A stretch of 64,000 nucleotides of DNA from a virus. Shown in pieces: positions 35,706 to 44,615 of this stretch. The notes under the pieces are model-generated. The model saw only the letters and a program-made list of their open reading frames with translations. It did no database searches and was not told the DNA's origin. The stretch is taken from positions 213,090 to 277,089 of IMG/VR virus record IMGVR_UViG_3300046787_000200. The stretch is one strand, 5' to 3'. Within the stretch, counting starts at the first letter, position 1; each line of letters starts with the position of its first letter. The position numbers were made by a program, and so were the translations under genes.

Positions 35706-36673
35706 TGAAAAAATTACTATCAGGATTGTTATGTCTGGTAGCTACAACTGCAGGTGCTATACAAGTTACTGGCGAAGGTTCTACGTTTGAAGAAGCAAAA
35801 CAAAATGCTTTTAAAACAGCAATTGAATTTGAAGCTGGTGCGGTTGTAGTTAGTGAACGTGAAAGCAGTAACTATAAATTAGTAAGGAATGAGATTCTAG
35901 TTTATAGTTCTGGCTACATCACTGATTATAAAATCATTAGTTCCATTAATCAAGGCAATCAATTCAAGGTATTAGTAGATGTTCAAGTTGCTAGTAACAA
36001 ACTAGCTGATAGGATATTGGGTGTAGGTAAGGATGCTAAAACTTTTGATACTGACAAACACAGTAATCAATATAATAGTTATTTGCAGGGTAAACAAAAC
36101 GGTGATAGATTGTTACAACAACTATTAAATGATTACCCTAAAAAAGCATACAATCTTACACAAGGTGTTCATCAGTTAAAAGTTGATGTTAATCGTAATG
36201 GTATCATTGAAATCCCATTAGAGTTACGTTGGAACTATAAGTTTATTGAATCATTTAATGAGGCACTTAAAATTTTAGAAGATGGTAGTAATGGTTTATT
36301 AAAAGCTAGTCCGAGTAACGTTACAGTAATGGCGAAGGATCCTAAAGATTGGGTAATAGGTAGTAAAAATCAGTATAAGTTTAATGATATGAATACTGTA
36401 TCTATGATTACGCAAACATTACAGAACAATCAACCTAGAATTTTAGTTAGCATTAAGAATCTTAATAACAAGATTGCATTTCAACAATGTTATATTCCCG
36501 ACTCAATGTCAGGAAAGAAGCCGGCATTTTATGATGCTAGCAATCACGTTGTAGTATATGGAAATCGTGTTGAGAAGAATAAAATTTTCTTAAATTTTGT
36601 AAACATGCACGAAGTAATTAAAGAGATTCAAAGCATAGAACTAAACATTGTAGCAGATAATAACTGTCCATAA
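35705..36673 (+). CDS. secreted/periplasmic protein with an N-terminal LPP20-like domain
   Basis: Signal peptide, then VTGEGSTFEEAKQNAFKTAIEFEAGAVVVSE. TAATG overlap. Confidence 0.45.
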   Translation: MKKLLSGLLCLVATTAGAIQVTGEGSTFEEAKQNAFKTAIEFEAGAVVVSERESSNYKLVRNEILVYSSGYITDYKIISSINQGNQFKVLVDVQVASNKLADRILGVGKDAKTFDTDKHSNQYNSYLQGKQNGDRLLQQLLNDYPKKAYNLTQGVHQLKVDVNRNGIIEIPLELRWNYKFIESFNEALKILEDGSNGLLKASPSNVTVMAKDPKDWVIGSKNQYKFNDMNTVSMITQTLQNNQPRILVSIKNLNNKIAFQQCYIPDSMSGKKPAFYDASNHVVVYGNRVEKNKIFLNFVNMHEVIKEIQSIELNIVADNNCP

Positions 36674-36711
36674 AAAATCATTCACATAAAAAAACACAGA
36701 TAAGTATTAAT

Positions 36712-37914
36712 ATGTCAACAGAAAACAAACTCAATCATTGCTCATTTTGTGATAAACACAAAGATGATGTTAAGAAACTAATTGTTAGCGAAGAAGTGGC
36801 AATTTGTAGTGATTGCGTAGAACTATGCAATTCACTTATGTTAGATGATGATGGTAAAAGTGAATTTGTATCGGAAGATACTGTATCATATGATCCAGAA
36901 TCAATTAAAGATTATCTTGACCAACATGTTATCGGACAAGATAATGCTAAAAAAGTGTTAAGTGTTGCTATTGCTAATCACTATAAACGTATCAACCGGC
37001 CACCAAAAGACTTAGAAATCTCTAAGGGTAATGTGTTGCTTGTTGGTCCTACTGGCTCAGGTAAAACATTGCTTGCTAAGACAGTTGCCAAATATCTCAA
37101 AGTGCCCTTTGTTGTAGCAGATGCGACAAGTATCACTGAAGCTGGTTATGTAGGTGATGACGTTGAATCCATGATTAGTATGTTACTCAATGCCGCTGGC
37201 GGTGATGTTAAACTGGCCGAGCGTGGTATTGTGTTCATTGATGAGATTGACAAGATTGCACGTAAAGGCGAATCTGCAAGTATCACCCGTGATGTGTCAG
37301 GTGAGGGTGTTCAGCAAGCTTTACTGAAAATGGTTGAAGGCACTGTATGTCGTATTCCAGCAGGTGGTGGACGTAAACATCCCGGTGGTGATATGATTGA
37401 GATTAACACTAAGAATATCTTATTCATTGCCGGTGGTGCATTTGTTGGGTTGAAAGATATTATTAAAAGTAGAGAAACTGGATCTAGTATCGGGTTCGGG
37501 GCTAAAATCAAAGATAAGAGCATAGAGGGCAATCTAAGCAACGTTAGCCCAGACGATTTAGTTAAATTCGGTATGATTCCTGAATTCATCGGACGTTTCA
37601 CTACTACTGTAAACGTAGAGGATTTGAGCAAAGAAGATTTGGTAAAGGTATTGACTGGTATTAAGAATAACTATATCGACCAATACAAGTATTTGCTGAG
37701 TTTAGACAACATTGAGTTAAACTTCACAGAAGATGCATTGGATCAGTTAGCAGAGAATACACTAGCATTGAAAACAGGTGCTCGTGGATTGCATACTGAG
37801 ATTGAGCGTGTATTGATGACACATATGTTTAATACTAAGAAATACCGTGAAAATAAAATTCTAAACATAAATATAGATAGAAAACAAATTTTGGAGCCAA
37901 AAGTATTAGTATGA
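36712..37914 (+). CDS. clpX: ATP-dependent Clp protease ATP-binding subunit ClpX
   Basis: N-terminal C4 zinc domain (CSFC ... CSDC), Walker A LLVGPTGSGKTLLAKT, and ClpX-wide similarity over 400 aa. Confidence 0.9.
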   Translation: MSTENKLNHCSFCDKHKDDVKKLIVSEEVAICSDCVELCNSLMLDDDGKSEFVSEDTVSYDPESIKDYLDQHVIGQDNAKKVLSVAIANHYKRINRPPKDLEISKGNVLLVGPTGSGKTLLAKTVAKYLKVPFVVADATSITEAGYVGDDVESMISMLLNAAGGDVKLAERGIVFIDEIDKIARKGESASITRDVSGEGVQQALLKMVEGTVCRIPAGGGRKHPGGDMIEINTKNILFIAGGAFVGLKDIIKSRETGSSIGFGAKIKDKSIEGNLSNVSPDDLVKFGMIPEFIGRFTTTVNVEDLSKEDLVKVLTGIKNNYIDQYKYLLSLDNIELNFTEDALDQLAENTLALKTGARGLHTEIERVLMTHMFNTKKYRENKILNINIDRKQILEPKVLV

Positions 37915-38126
37915 GAGGTAGAAAGGTTTTAGTTCAGGACGGAAACGTAGACAAAGCATTGCGAAAATTTAAAAAAATTATCGCAGACTATGGTACCTTG
38001 CAAGAGGTTCGTGACCGTCAAGAATTTGTAAAGCCTACTATCAAACGCAAATTAGCAAGAAGCCAGGCGAAAAGACGCTGGAACAAGTATTTGCGTGACC
38101 AAAGTCTTCCTAAGAAAAACTTTTAA
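37911..38126 (+). CDS. rpsU: ribosomal protein bS21
   Basis: 71 aa. KVLVQDGNVDKALRKFKK ... EVRDRQEFVKPTIKRK aligns with bacterial S21. ATGA overlap with clpX. Confidence 0.8.
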   Translation: MRGRKVLVQDGNVDKALRKFKKIIADYGTLQEVRDRQEFVKPTIKRKLARSQAKRRWNKYLRDQSLPKKNF

Positions 38127-38232
38127 GTTCCAAAATAGTAGATTTTTTTGCATATTTTTATTATAATAAATATGTATTCAGATGCCGATGGTCGGGTCTG
38201 AAATATGTCATCTTGCTTAAAAGGAGAAAAAA

Positions 38233-38685
38233 ATGACAAATCAATTAACCCTTCGTTCCTTAGACATTCCGTCTATTCATAAGTTCTCAGTCGGTTTCGA
38301 CCGTATGTTTGACGAACTAACTCGTAATCAAGCGCAACAATCAAACTACCCCCCATATAACATTGTACAAATCAATGAAGATGAATATATGATTAGTGTT
38401 GCTGTTGCAGGTTTCGGGCCTGATAATCTATCAGTTACAAAAGATAAAAACTTCCTAGTAATTGAAGGTAATCATGCATTGAATAGTATTAAAACTAACG
38501 ATGCAGATCCTGTATATCTACATAAGGGTATCAGTGAGCGTAACTTCCGACGTGAGTTCCGTTTAGCGGACCATGTAGAGATTGAGAACGCACATTTAGA
38601 ATTGGGTATCTTAAGTATTCACTTGAAACGTGAAGTTCCTGAAGAACAAAAGCCCAAGTCTATTGCAATTACCTACACTAAATAA
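38233..38685 (+). CDS. ibpA: small heat-shock protein (IbpA/IbpB, Hsp20 family)
   Basis: SVGFDRMFDEL ... YPPYNIVQINEDEYMISVAVAGF, i.e. the alpha-crystallin domain. Confidence 0.85.
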   Translation: MTNQLTLRSLDIPSIHKFSVGFDRMFDELTRNQAQQSNYPPYNIVQINEDEYMISVAVAGFGPDNLSVTKDKNFLVIEGNHALNSIKTNDADPVYLHKGISERNFRREFRLADHVEIENAHLELGILSIHLKREVPEEQKPKSIAITYTK

Positions 38686-38748
38686 TATAATAGTGTTTCA
38701 TTAAAACAAGTGTGCGGGGCAACTCGCACACATAACTAAAAGAAAATT

Positions 38749-39054
38749 ATGTCTAAAACTGATACTAAAATTAAAATCAAACCTAATCTTGCACTAGCAG
38801 AACCCCCATTGTATAAAATCATTTATATCAATGATGAAGTAACCAGTATGCAATTTGTAGTAAACAGTTTGATTAGTTATTTTAATTATAATGAAGATAC
38901 TGCAACTTCATTGACAGAGAATATTCATCATCAAGGTAGTGCAGTTGTTGCAGTTTTACCGTACGAAATTGCAGAGCAAAAGGGAATTGAAGTAACACTT
39001 GATGCACGTAGCAAGGGTTTTCCACTACAAGTCAAAGTAGAAGCTGAGGCTTAA
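38749..39054 (+). CDS. clpS: Clp protease adaptor ClpS (N-degron recognin)
   Basis: PPLYKIIYINDEVTSMQFVV ... HHQGSAVVAVLPYEIAE matches the ClpS core. Confidence 0.8.
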   Translation: MSKTDTKIKIKPNLALAEPPLYKIIYINDEVTSMQFVVNSLISYFNYNEDTATSLTENIHHQGSAVVAVLPYEIAEQKGIEVTLDARSKGFPLQVKVEAEA

Positions 39055-39752
39055 ACTTCTATATCAATGCGTTTAGGCCAATACGGTCTACGTCCGTAAT
39101 ATGAATTGTTGATATAATTAATATTTTCTATTGTTGTATCAACATTTTTATCATAACTTCCATATATCCAAGTAGATACTTTATGTTCAGAATCATGACC
39201 TAGTATCTGTGTTAACGGGATTTGATCACTTATCATATCTGGTTGTTCCCCAAAATATAAATTAGGTCCCGGAACTGAATGTGTAACTACTATTATCTTT
39301 TTTACATCTAAATGTAATTGTAGTTTTGATAGGCTTGATCCTATGTAAGATATATCTTCTACATGTTGTCCATGTAGGTGTAATTTCTCTAATGTTGACG
39401 GTGTATCAATGTTACTACCATACCATCCGTTAGTTCCCAATATAGCTATACCGTTTATAACGACAACATGTCTATGTAGGAACGCAACATTGTTTATTGA
39501 TTTACATATTTGATTTATTTCAAGGTATCTGTTTTTTACTAGATGAAGCGAATCATGTTCTAATGATCCTGCAATGTAAAAAATACCCTGATAAAATTTT
39601 GATAAATGAAGCAGGGTTTGATGTATTACTCGCAATTCACTGCTTATATTTCCAGCAATTATTAGGTATAGGCTTGTTGCCTTATTTTCCCAATTAAAGC
39701 TATCTTCAGCGCCTAAATTTAAGTCGCTGATAACATCAAACCCTATATTCAT
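39051..39752 (-). CDS. calcineurin-like metallophosphoesterase (weak motifs)
   Basis: 233 aa on the minus strand. LIIAGNIS, GSLEHD and VVTHS blocks. TAATG-coupled to the upstream minus-strand gene. Confidence 0.45.
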   Translation of the reverse strand: MNIGFDVISDLNLGAEDSFNWENKATSLYLIIAGNISSELRVIHQTLLHLSKFYQGIFYIAGSLEHDSLHLVKNRYLEINQICKSINNVAFLHRHVVVINGIAILGTNGWYGSNIDTPSTLEKLHLHGQHVEDISYIGSSLSKLQLHLDVKKIIVVTHSVPGPNLYFGEQPDMISDQIPLTQILGHDSEHKVSTWIYGSYDKNVDTTIENINYINNSYYGRRPYWPKRIDIEV

Positions 39753-40030
39753 TAAGCTTGAGTAGTTGGCTTAGCTTTTGGTGCTCTTGGCTTAGCTGGT
39801 GCTTTAGCCTTAGGTGCAGCCGGAGCTTTTGGCTTGGCTGGAGCTTTTGGCTTTGCAGGTGCTTTTGCTTTAGCTTTTGCCGGCGCCTTTTCAGCAACCG
39901 GAACAGGTGCTTCTACAGCCAATGGAATCGGCGTAGTTGCGGCTGGCTCTGGAACTTTGTATGGGGCAGATGGGGCTGCCTCTACTGGTTTAGCTGAAAA
40001 ACCAAACAAATTCTTTAAAAAATCTAACAT
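39752..40030 (-). CDS. Ala/Pro/Lys-rich (histone H1/AlgP-like KAPAKP repeat) protein
   Basis: 92 aa with repeats of KAPAKPKAPAKP. AGGAGA ribosome-binding site on the minus strand. Confidence 0.5.
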   Translation of the reverse strand: MLDFLKNLFGFSAKPVEAAPSAPYKVPEPAATTPIPLAVEAPVPVAEKAPAKAKAKAPAKPKAPAKPKAPAAPKAKAPAKPRAPKAKPTTQA

Positions 40031-40128
40031 TTCTGTCTCCTAAACATATATTTACTCGGGTTGGAAATCCGTATATTTTTTCCGTAAAGTACGCATTGTT
40101 ATGGGCAATATAGTATCATAAATACATT

Positions 40129-40620
40129 ATGTTCAGAAACGCAAATTTAGCCGAACTTATGCGTGAGGAGTTGCCTCCGATAGCATATCAAAAACGCCTT
40201 CTTTATAGAACGGACTATGATGAAGTTGTAGCACTTTATCGCCTGATTAATAAAACTATTTTCAACAATAAACTTATCATGCCTGAAATTGAGGTTATGC
40301 CACGTTGTAGAAAATACTGGGGAATGTGCTATGGTGCATTAAAAATGCCCACTAAGAATAAAAGCTTTTGCAAAATACGTATGATGGATAAATGGTATTG
40401 TCGTCAATGGTTAATTAATGTATTAGCACATGAAATGTGTCATCAATATCAATGGGATGTTGAGGGAGTTCGTAGACTTAATCGAGGACAACAACCTATA
40501 ATGAGTCATGGTCCTAGTTTCTTTGTATTCAGAGACAAATTAAAGAAACATGGCATAGCATTAAAAAGCGCACATAGCAAACGTAAGTGGTTTCACCATC
40601 AAAACTTATTTAAGTGTTGA
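40129..40620 (+). CDS. SprT-like zinc metalloprotease domain protein
   Basis: HEMCH (HExxH motif) in NVLAHEMCHQYQW. Confidence 0.45.
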   Translation: MFRNANLAELMREELPPIAYQKRLLYRTDYDEVVALYRLINKTIFNNKLIMPEIEVMPRCRKYWGMCYGALKMPTKNKSFCKIRMMDKWYCRQWLINVLAHEMCHQYQWDVEGVRRLNRGQQPIMSHGPSFFVFRDKLKKHGIALKSAHSKRKWFHHQNLFKC

Positions 40621-40638
40621 ATCTGATAAATACTCATT

Positions 40639-42207
40639 ATGCGTGATTTAATAACATTACTTGAAAACCTAGCTATGGCAGAAGCCGCAAAGAAAGATCC
40701 TAATGCTCCTTCTACACTCTTTGCTAATGGCTTAACACCTACACAAATTAATAAAGAGCCTGCAAGATGGAACTTATTGATTAATAAAATAAAGACTAAT
40801 AAACCATTTGTTGATAACTACACAGGTGAGGATATCTATATCAAACCAAGTGAAGTCAATCGTCTTACACAACTTAAAGATGAAGGTAAGTTTAAAGGGG
40901 AAAAAGTTACTATTATAACTAAAGATGGTAGAGAAATCCCAATGGCTCAGTTAGCCAAAAATGAAGAATTTGGCGGCAGTACTAAAGAATCTGTTTTACT
41001 AAAGCCATCACTAATTAAAATCACTGATAGAGATATACCTGCGTCTGACTTGTATGAAACAATTGAAAACAATCAAGTATTAGCAAGCACCGATTACGGG
41101 CAAGTAGTCCAACAACTTGCTACATATATTGTATCCGGTGAGTATGTTCAGATGCCAGAACAATATACAACAAAAGAAAAAGAAAAAGAACGCAAAGCTA
41201 TTGTTGATTATGCAGGTGAGTATTTAGGTGTGTTAGCTTTGTTATATGACCGTAGTCGTTTCCCGAGAAAACGTCAGTTCCAAGAATGGCTTGGTGGTGA
41301 TATGGGTTCATTGGTATTAAATTTCCCTAGTGCGGCTAACAATAACATTGCAGATAGTTATGCTACTATCACTAATCCAGGTACAAGTCATAGCTTGAAC
41401 ATTTCAAGTAAAGGAACCGGTGGCGGAGCGGCGCCTGCAGTATCTGGATTGAAAGTTAGTGAAGATATTAAACGTAATCCTAAATTACGAAACGCAGTAA
41501 AACTTATTGAATTATGCCAAGCAGGTAAAGATGCTAGTGGTCCAAGCACAATTGTTCAAGCATTTAAGATTATGGATTTCTTATTTAAAGTGAATCCAAG
41601 TAGCATTCCTAAAATATGGCACAAGTTTTTGCCATTCGAAAGTAAAGCTCCAAAGATACTACAACAAAGTATTGATAGCATAAACAACGGCACTTCATTA
41701 CCATCGTCATATCAACCACTGCTTAATGCAGTAAACAGTGAAACTGCTACTGATGGTGGTAAGCTGGTATATCTCATTAAGAAAACTATTGCACATAGTG
41801 TAAATGAGGGTAATGCAATTCCTGAATTTGCTGATACTATCTTACAAGTTTTAGAAATGAACTTCATCCAACAATATACAGATTATCATAGCAACGGTGA
41901 ACTAACCTTTGCAACTCAGTGGCCATCTAAGTTGTCAGGTGTCGTTACATTAGAAAACAAGTCAAGTGCAAAAGAACCAAGTAGTGCTGGTTTTAGCTTC
42001 AAGTTGGGTAGAAATGCACAAGATTATGATGATCCAGGTCCAGACGGTGCGACCGGAGATGTTATTCAGCCAGATGAATACGGAGATGATGTGGGTGCGG
42101 CTGCGGCAGATATTGTTGAACCAAAAATCAACAACAAAAATGTCAGGGCATTCGCCAAACCTGAACCCGAAGCTGATATCGGCATCGGTCGTAAGAAGCG
42201 TAAATAA
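40639..42207 (+). CDS. hypothetical protein (522 aa) with a basic C-terminal tail
   Basis: Long ORF with diverse composition, ending GIGRKKRK. Confidence 0.5.
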   Translation: MRDLITLLENLAMAEAAKKDPNAPSTLFANGLTPTQINKEPARWNLLINKIKTNKPFVDNYTGEDIYIKPSEVNRLTQLKDEGKFKGEKVTIITKDGREIPMAQLAKNEEFGGSTKESVLLKPSLIKITDRDIPASDLYETIENNQVLASTDYGQVVQQLATYIVSGEYVQMPEQYTTKEKEKERKAIVDYAGEYLGVLALLYDRSRFPRKRQFQEWLGGDMGSLVLNFPSAANNNIADSYATITNPGTSHSLNISSKGTGGGAAPAVSGLKVSEDIKRNPKLRNAVKLIELCQAGKDASGPSTIVQAFKIMDFLFKVNPSSIPKIWHKFLPFESKAPKILQQSIDSINNGTSLPSSYQPLLNAVNSETATDGGKLVYLIKKTIAHSVNEGNAIPEFADTILQVLEMNFIQQYTDYHSNGELTFATQWPSKLSGVVTLENKSSAKEPSSAGFSFKLGRNAQDYDDPGPDGATGDVIQPDEYGDDVGAAAADIVEPKINNKNVRAFAKPEPEADIGIGRKKRK

Positions 42208-42220
42208 TTACCAAAAACAT

Positions 42221-42249
42221 TTGACTTTAACATAAACTTCTGTTATAAT
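42221..42249 (+). promoter_or_regulatory. sigma70-like promoter TTGACT-N17-TATAAT upstream of clpP
   Basis: TTGACT at 42221, TATAAT at 42244. Confidence 0.5.
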
Positions 42250-42278
42250 AGTGGAAACATTATTTTTAAAGGAAGTTT

Positions 42279-42866
42279 ATGTCTCTAGTACCAATCGTTA
42301 TTGAACAAACAAGCAAAGGTGAACGTAGCTATGATATCTATAGCCGTCTAATGCGTGACCGTGTTATTCTGCTTGAAGGTGAAGTTCACGACCAAATGGC
42401 AAATCTAATTGTTGCTCAACTACTATTCCTCGAAAGTGAAGGTGACAAAGATATCTCAATGTATATCAATAGCCCAGGTGGTAGTGTAACTGCTGGTATG
42501 GCAATCTATGATGCTATGCAATTCATTAAACCCGATGTACAAACAATCGTTATGGGTCAAGCTTGTTCAATGGGTTCACTACTCGCACAAGCAGGAGCTA
42601 AAGGTAAACGTATGATGTTGCCTAATGCACGACACATGATTCACCAACCCTCAGGTGGCGCACGTGGTATGCAAAGTGATATCGAAATCAGCTATAAAGA
42701 AATTACTTACTTGAAGAAACGCCTAACCGATATCTATGTCAAGCATAACAGTGCAGGAAAGACTTATGAAGAATTTGAACGAGACATGGACCGTGATAAG
42801 TTCATGTCGGCTGAAGAAGCATTAGCTTACGGCTTGATTGATAAAATTATTGAAAAGAGAGAATAA
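42279..42866 (+). CDS. clpP: ATP-dependent Clp protease proteolytic subunit ClpP
   Basis: [19 protein letters not shown]-type N-terminus. Catalytic-region blocks [23 protein letters not shown] and HQPSGG. Confidence 0.9.
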   Translation: MSLVPIVIEQTSKGERSYDIYSRLMRDRVILLEGEVHDQMANLIVAQLLFLESEGDKDISMYINSPGGSVTAGMAIYDAMQFIKPDVQTIVMGQACSMGSLLAQAGAKGKRMMLPNARHMIHQPSGGARGMQSDIEISYKEITYLKKRLTDIYVKHNSAGKTYEEFERDMDRDKFMSAEEALAYGLIDKIIEKRE

Positions 42867-42867
42867 A

Positions 42868-43359
42868 ATGCCTTGGATCGAGAATATTGCATTAGTAGAT
42901 GTAGCGAAGGCTCGTCATCATAATGCTGGCGAAAACAGTATGCTAATACAAATTGTCGATCCGGCTATGGAGTTCCCTGCTCCGTTGCATAAGTTCAAAG
43001 AGATTCATCAGTTTGAGTTTTTGGACCTTGAAAGCAATGATCCATGGGGAGAAGAATTTAAAGTAACTGATTCACAAGCTGAAAGCCTTGTTAAGTTACT
43101 ACAACATGCATTGGAGAAAAGAATGAATGTAGTAGTTCATTGTGTCGCCGGTGTATGTCGCAGTGGTGCAGTTTGTGAAGTTGGTGTTATGATGGGCTTC
43201 AATGATACTGAAGCTTTTCGTAGTCCTAACTTAATGGTTAAGCATAAGATGATGAAGGTTCTAGGATGGACCTACGATGAAAACGAGCCCCATACAATCA
43301 ATGGTGTAACTACTGATTGGGGCTTCGTCCTACCAAAAGAGCGTGAGGGCGATATCTAG
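42868..43359 (+). CDS. protein-tyrosine / dual-specificity phosphatase (CX5R)
   Basis: VVVHCVAGVCRSGAV. Start trimmed to the ATG just after the clpP stop. Confidence 0.6.
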   Translation: MPWIENIALVDVAKARHHNAGENSMLIQIVDPAMEFPAPLHKFKEIHQFEFLDLESNDPWGEEFKVTDSQAESLVKLLQHALEKRMNVVVHCVAGVCRSGAVCEVGVMMGFNDTEAFRSPNLMVKHKMMKVLGWTYDENEPHTINGVTTDWGFVLPKEREGDI

Positions 43360-43366
43360 CCAAAAT

Positions 43367-43395
43367 TTGACAATAAATCATTTTGGGTCTATAAT
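43367..43395 (+). promoter_or_regulatory. consensus early promoter
   Basis: TTGACA at 43367 (contains the PTP-gene stop TAG/TGA region), TATAAT at 43390. Confidence 0.55.
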
Positions 43396-43424
43396 ACATG
43401 TATTGATTGATTAAAGGAGCTGAA

Positions 43425-43679
43425 ATGACTGATTTTGAAACTAAGTGCTACGGAATGTCTGAACAAAATATCCGTGAACAGTACATGGAAAGTACTACTG
43501 CTAAGTTCGCAGGTCTAGAAATGGTTGTAATGGGTATTCTTTCTGACTGCCAAGAAATGCAAGCCATGAATAACCCTATGATTGCTTCTATGCGTTCAAA
43601 TGAATACGTTCGTAAACAATTGAATATTGCCAAATTTATCCTGTCTGAAATGATGGATGCAAAAGTAGCCAAAATTTGA
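43425..43679 (+). CDS. hypothetical protein
   Basis: Start at the ATG after AAAGGAGCTGAA. Stop TGA lies inside the next -35. Confidence 0.4.
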   Translation: MTDFETKCYGMSEQNIREQYMESTTAKFAGLEMVVMGILSDCQEMQAMNNPMIASMRSNEYVRKQLNIAKFILSEMMDAKVAKI

Positions 43680-43704
43680 CAATAAATGGGTAATCTGTTA
43701 CAAT
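43676..43704 (+). promoter_or_regulatory. consensus early promoter (TTGACA-N17-TACAAT) with conserved leader
   Basis: Leader GATACTTAGACAGTTAGATAAAGGAC. Confidence 0.5.
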
Positions 43705-43737
43705 AGATACTTAGACAGTTAGATAAAGGACTAGGAA

Positions 43738-44004
43738 ATGCGTAGACAACAAATTGTAAGTGGTATGAATAACAGTCAAAAAATCCGTTTTATGATTGAC
43801 GGATTTGGTATGTATTGCAAAGTTTCTGATATTGAGAACTTTGCTACTAGCTCACACCGTGTTGCAGTTATTTCGGCATTGCAACATTTACAATGCACCC
43901 GTGATTTAGCCAAAAGTTGCGGCAAAAAAGATATCCCATCTGGTTTCGGCACTCGCAGAACGTTTCAAGGTGTTGACCATGATGTTCAAGTTAACCTCAT
44001 CTAA
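43738..44004 (+). CDS. hypothetical protein
   Basis: 88 aa ORF. Confidence 0.4.
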   Translation: MRRQQIVSGMNNSQKIRFMIDGFGMYCKVSDIENFATSSHRVAVISALQHLQCTRDLAKSCGKKDIPSGFGTRRTFQGVDHDVQVNLI

Positions 44005-44014
44005 GGAGTAAACA

Positions 44015-44284
44015 ATGACTAAGAAAATTTCTATCAAAGTTTTCGGTGATCCAGGACACGCTTGGGCACGTTTCCCCAAAGCAAGATTGGTCAAGCTTGG
44101 TATCGCTGATAAGATTTCTTGCTATAGTTACCAAAACGGCACTAATGCTTTCCTCGAGGAAGATTGTGACCTCTCAACACTAATGACGGCTCTCCGTGAA
44201 CATGGCTACACGGATATCAAATTCAACGAAAGCCACACTAATAAACAGAGCAAAATCCGTAGTTACAATACCTACAGAATTTGA
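44015..44284 (+). CDS. hypothetical protein
   Basis: 89 aa. AAGGAG ribosome-binding site. Stop lies inside the next -35. Confidence 0.4.
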   Translation: MTKKISIKVFGDPGHAWARFPKARLVKLGIADKISCYSYQNGTNAFLEEDCDLSTLMTALREHGYTDIKFNESHTNKQSKIRSYNTYRI

Positions 44285-44309
44285 CAATAAATGGTGTTTG
44301 TGCTATAAT
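44281..44309 (+). promoter_or_regulatory. consensus early promoter with conserved leader
   Basis: TTGACA at 44281, TATAAT at 44304. Confidence 0.55.
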
Positions 44310-44343
44310 ATATTCTTAGACAGTTAAATAAAGGACTTACAAA

Positions 44344-44568
44344 ATGCGTAGTTTTACTTTTGATGTAGTGGACATTATGGATGCTAATGGGCATTGCCGC
44401 ACAATTGAAGGTGCTGAGTGGATTAAACTAGCAACCAAGATGGTTAGTGAAGGTCGTGCTACTCTTGTAGAAAACAACCGATCAATGTCTGGATCCGGGA
44501 CCGCATTTAGTAATTCGGCTGATGTATGTTATTTGCGTTCTAACATGACCGTGACTGAAGTTGTATAA
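44344..44568 (+). CDS. hypothetical protein
   Basis: 74 aa ORF. Confidence 0.4.
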   Translation: MRSFTFDVVDIMDANGHCRTIEGAEWIKLATKMVSEGRATLVENNRSMSGSGTAFSNSADVCYLRSNMTVTEVV

Positions 44569-44586
44569 AAACAACATATCCAAAAC

Positions 44587-44615
44587 TTGACAATAATTGG
44601 ATTTGGGACTATAAT
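44587..44615 (+). promoter_or_regulatory. consensus early promoter with conserved leader
   Basis: TTGACA at 44587, TATAAT at 44610. Confidence 0.55.

Noticed and set aside
39758-40043. Two plus-strand ORFs (79 and 69 aa) in the KAPAKP region
   Set aside because: These are shadow frames of the minus-strand repeat gene and have no ribosome-binding site.
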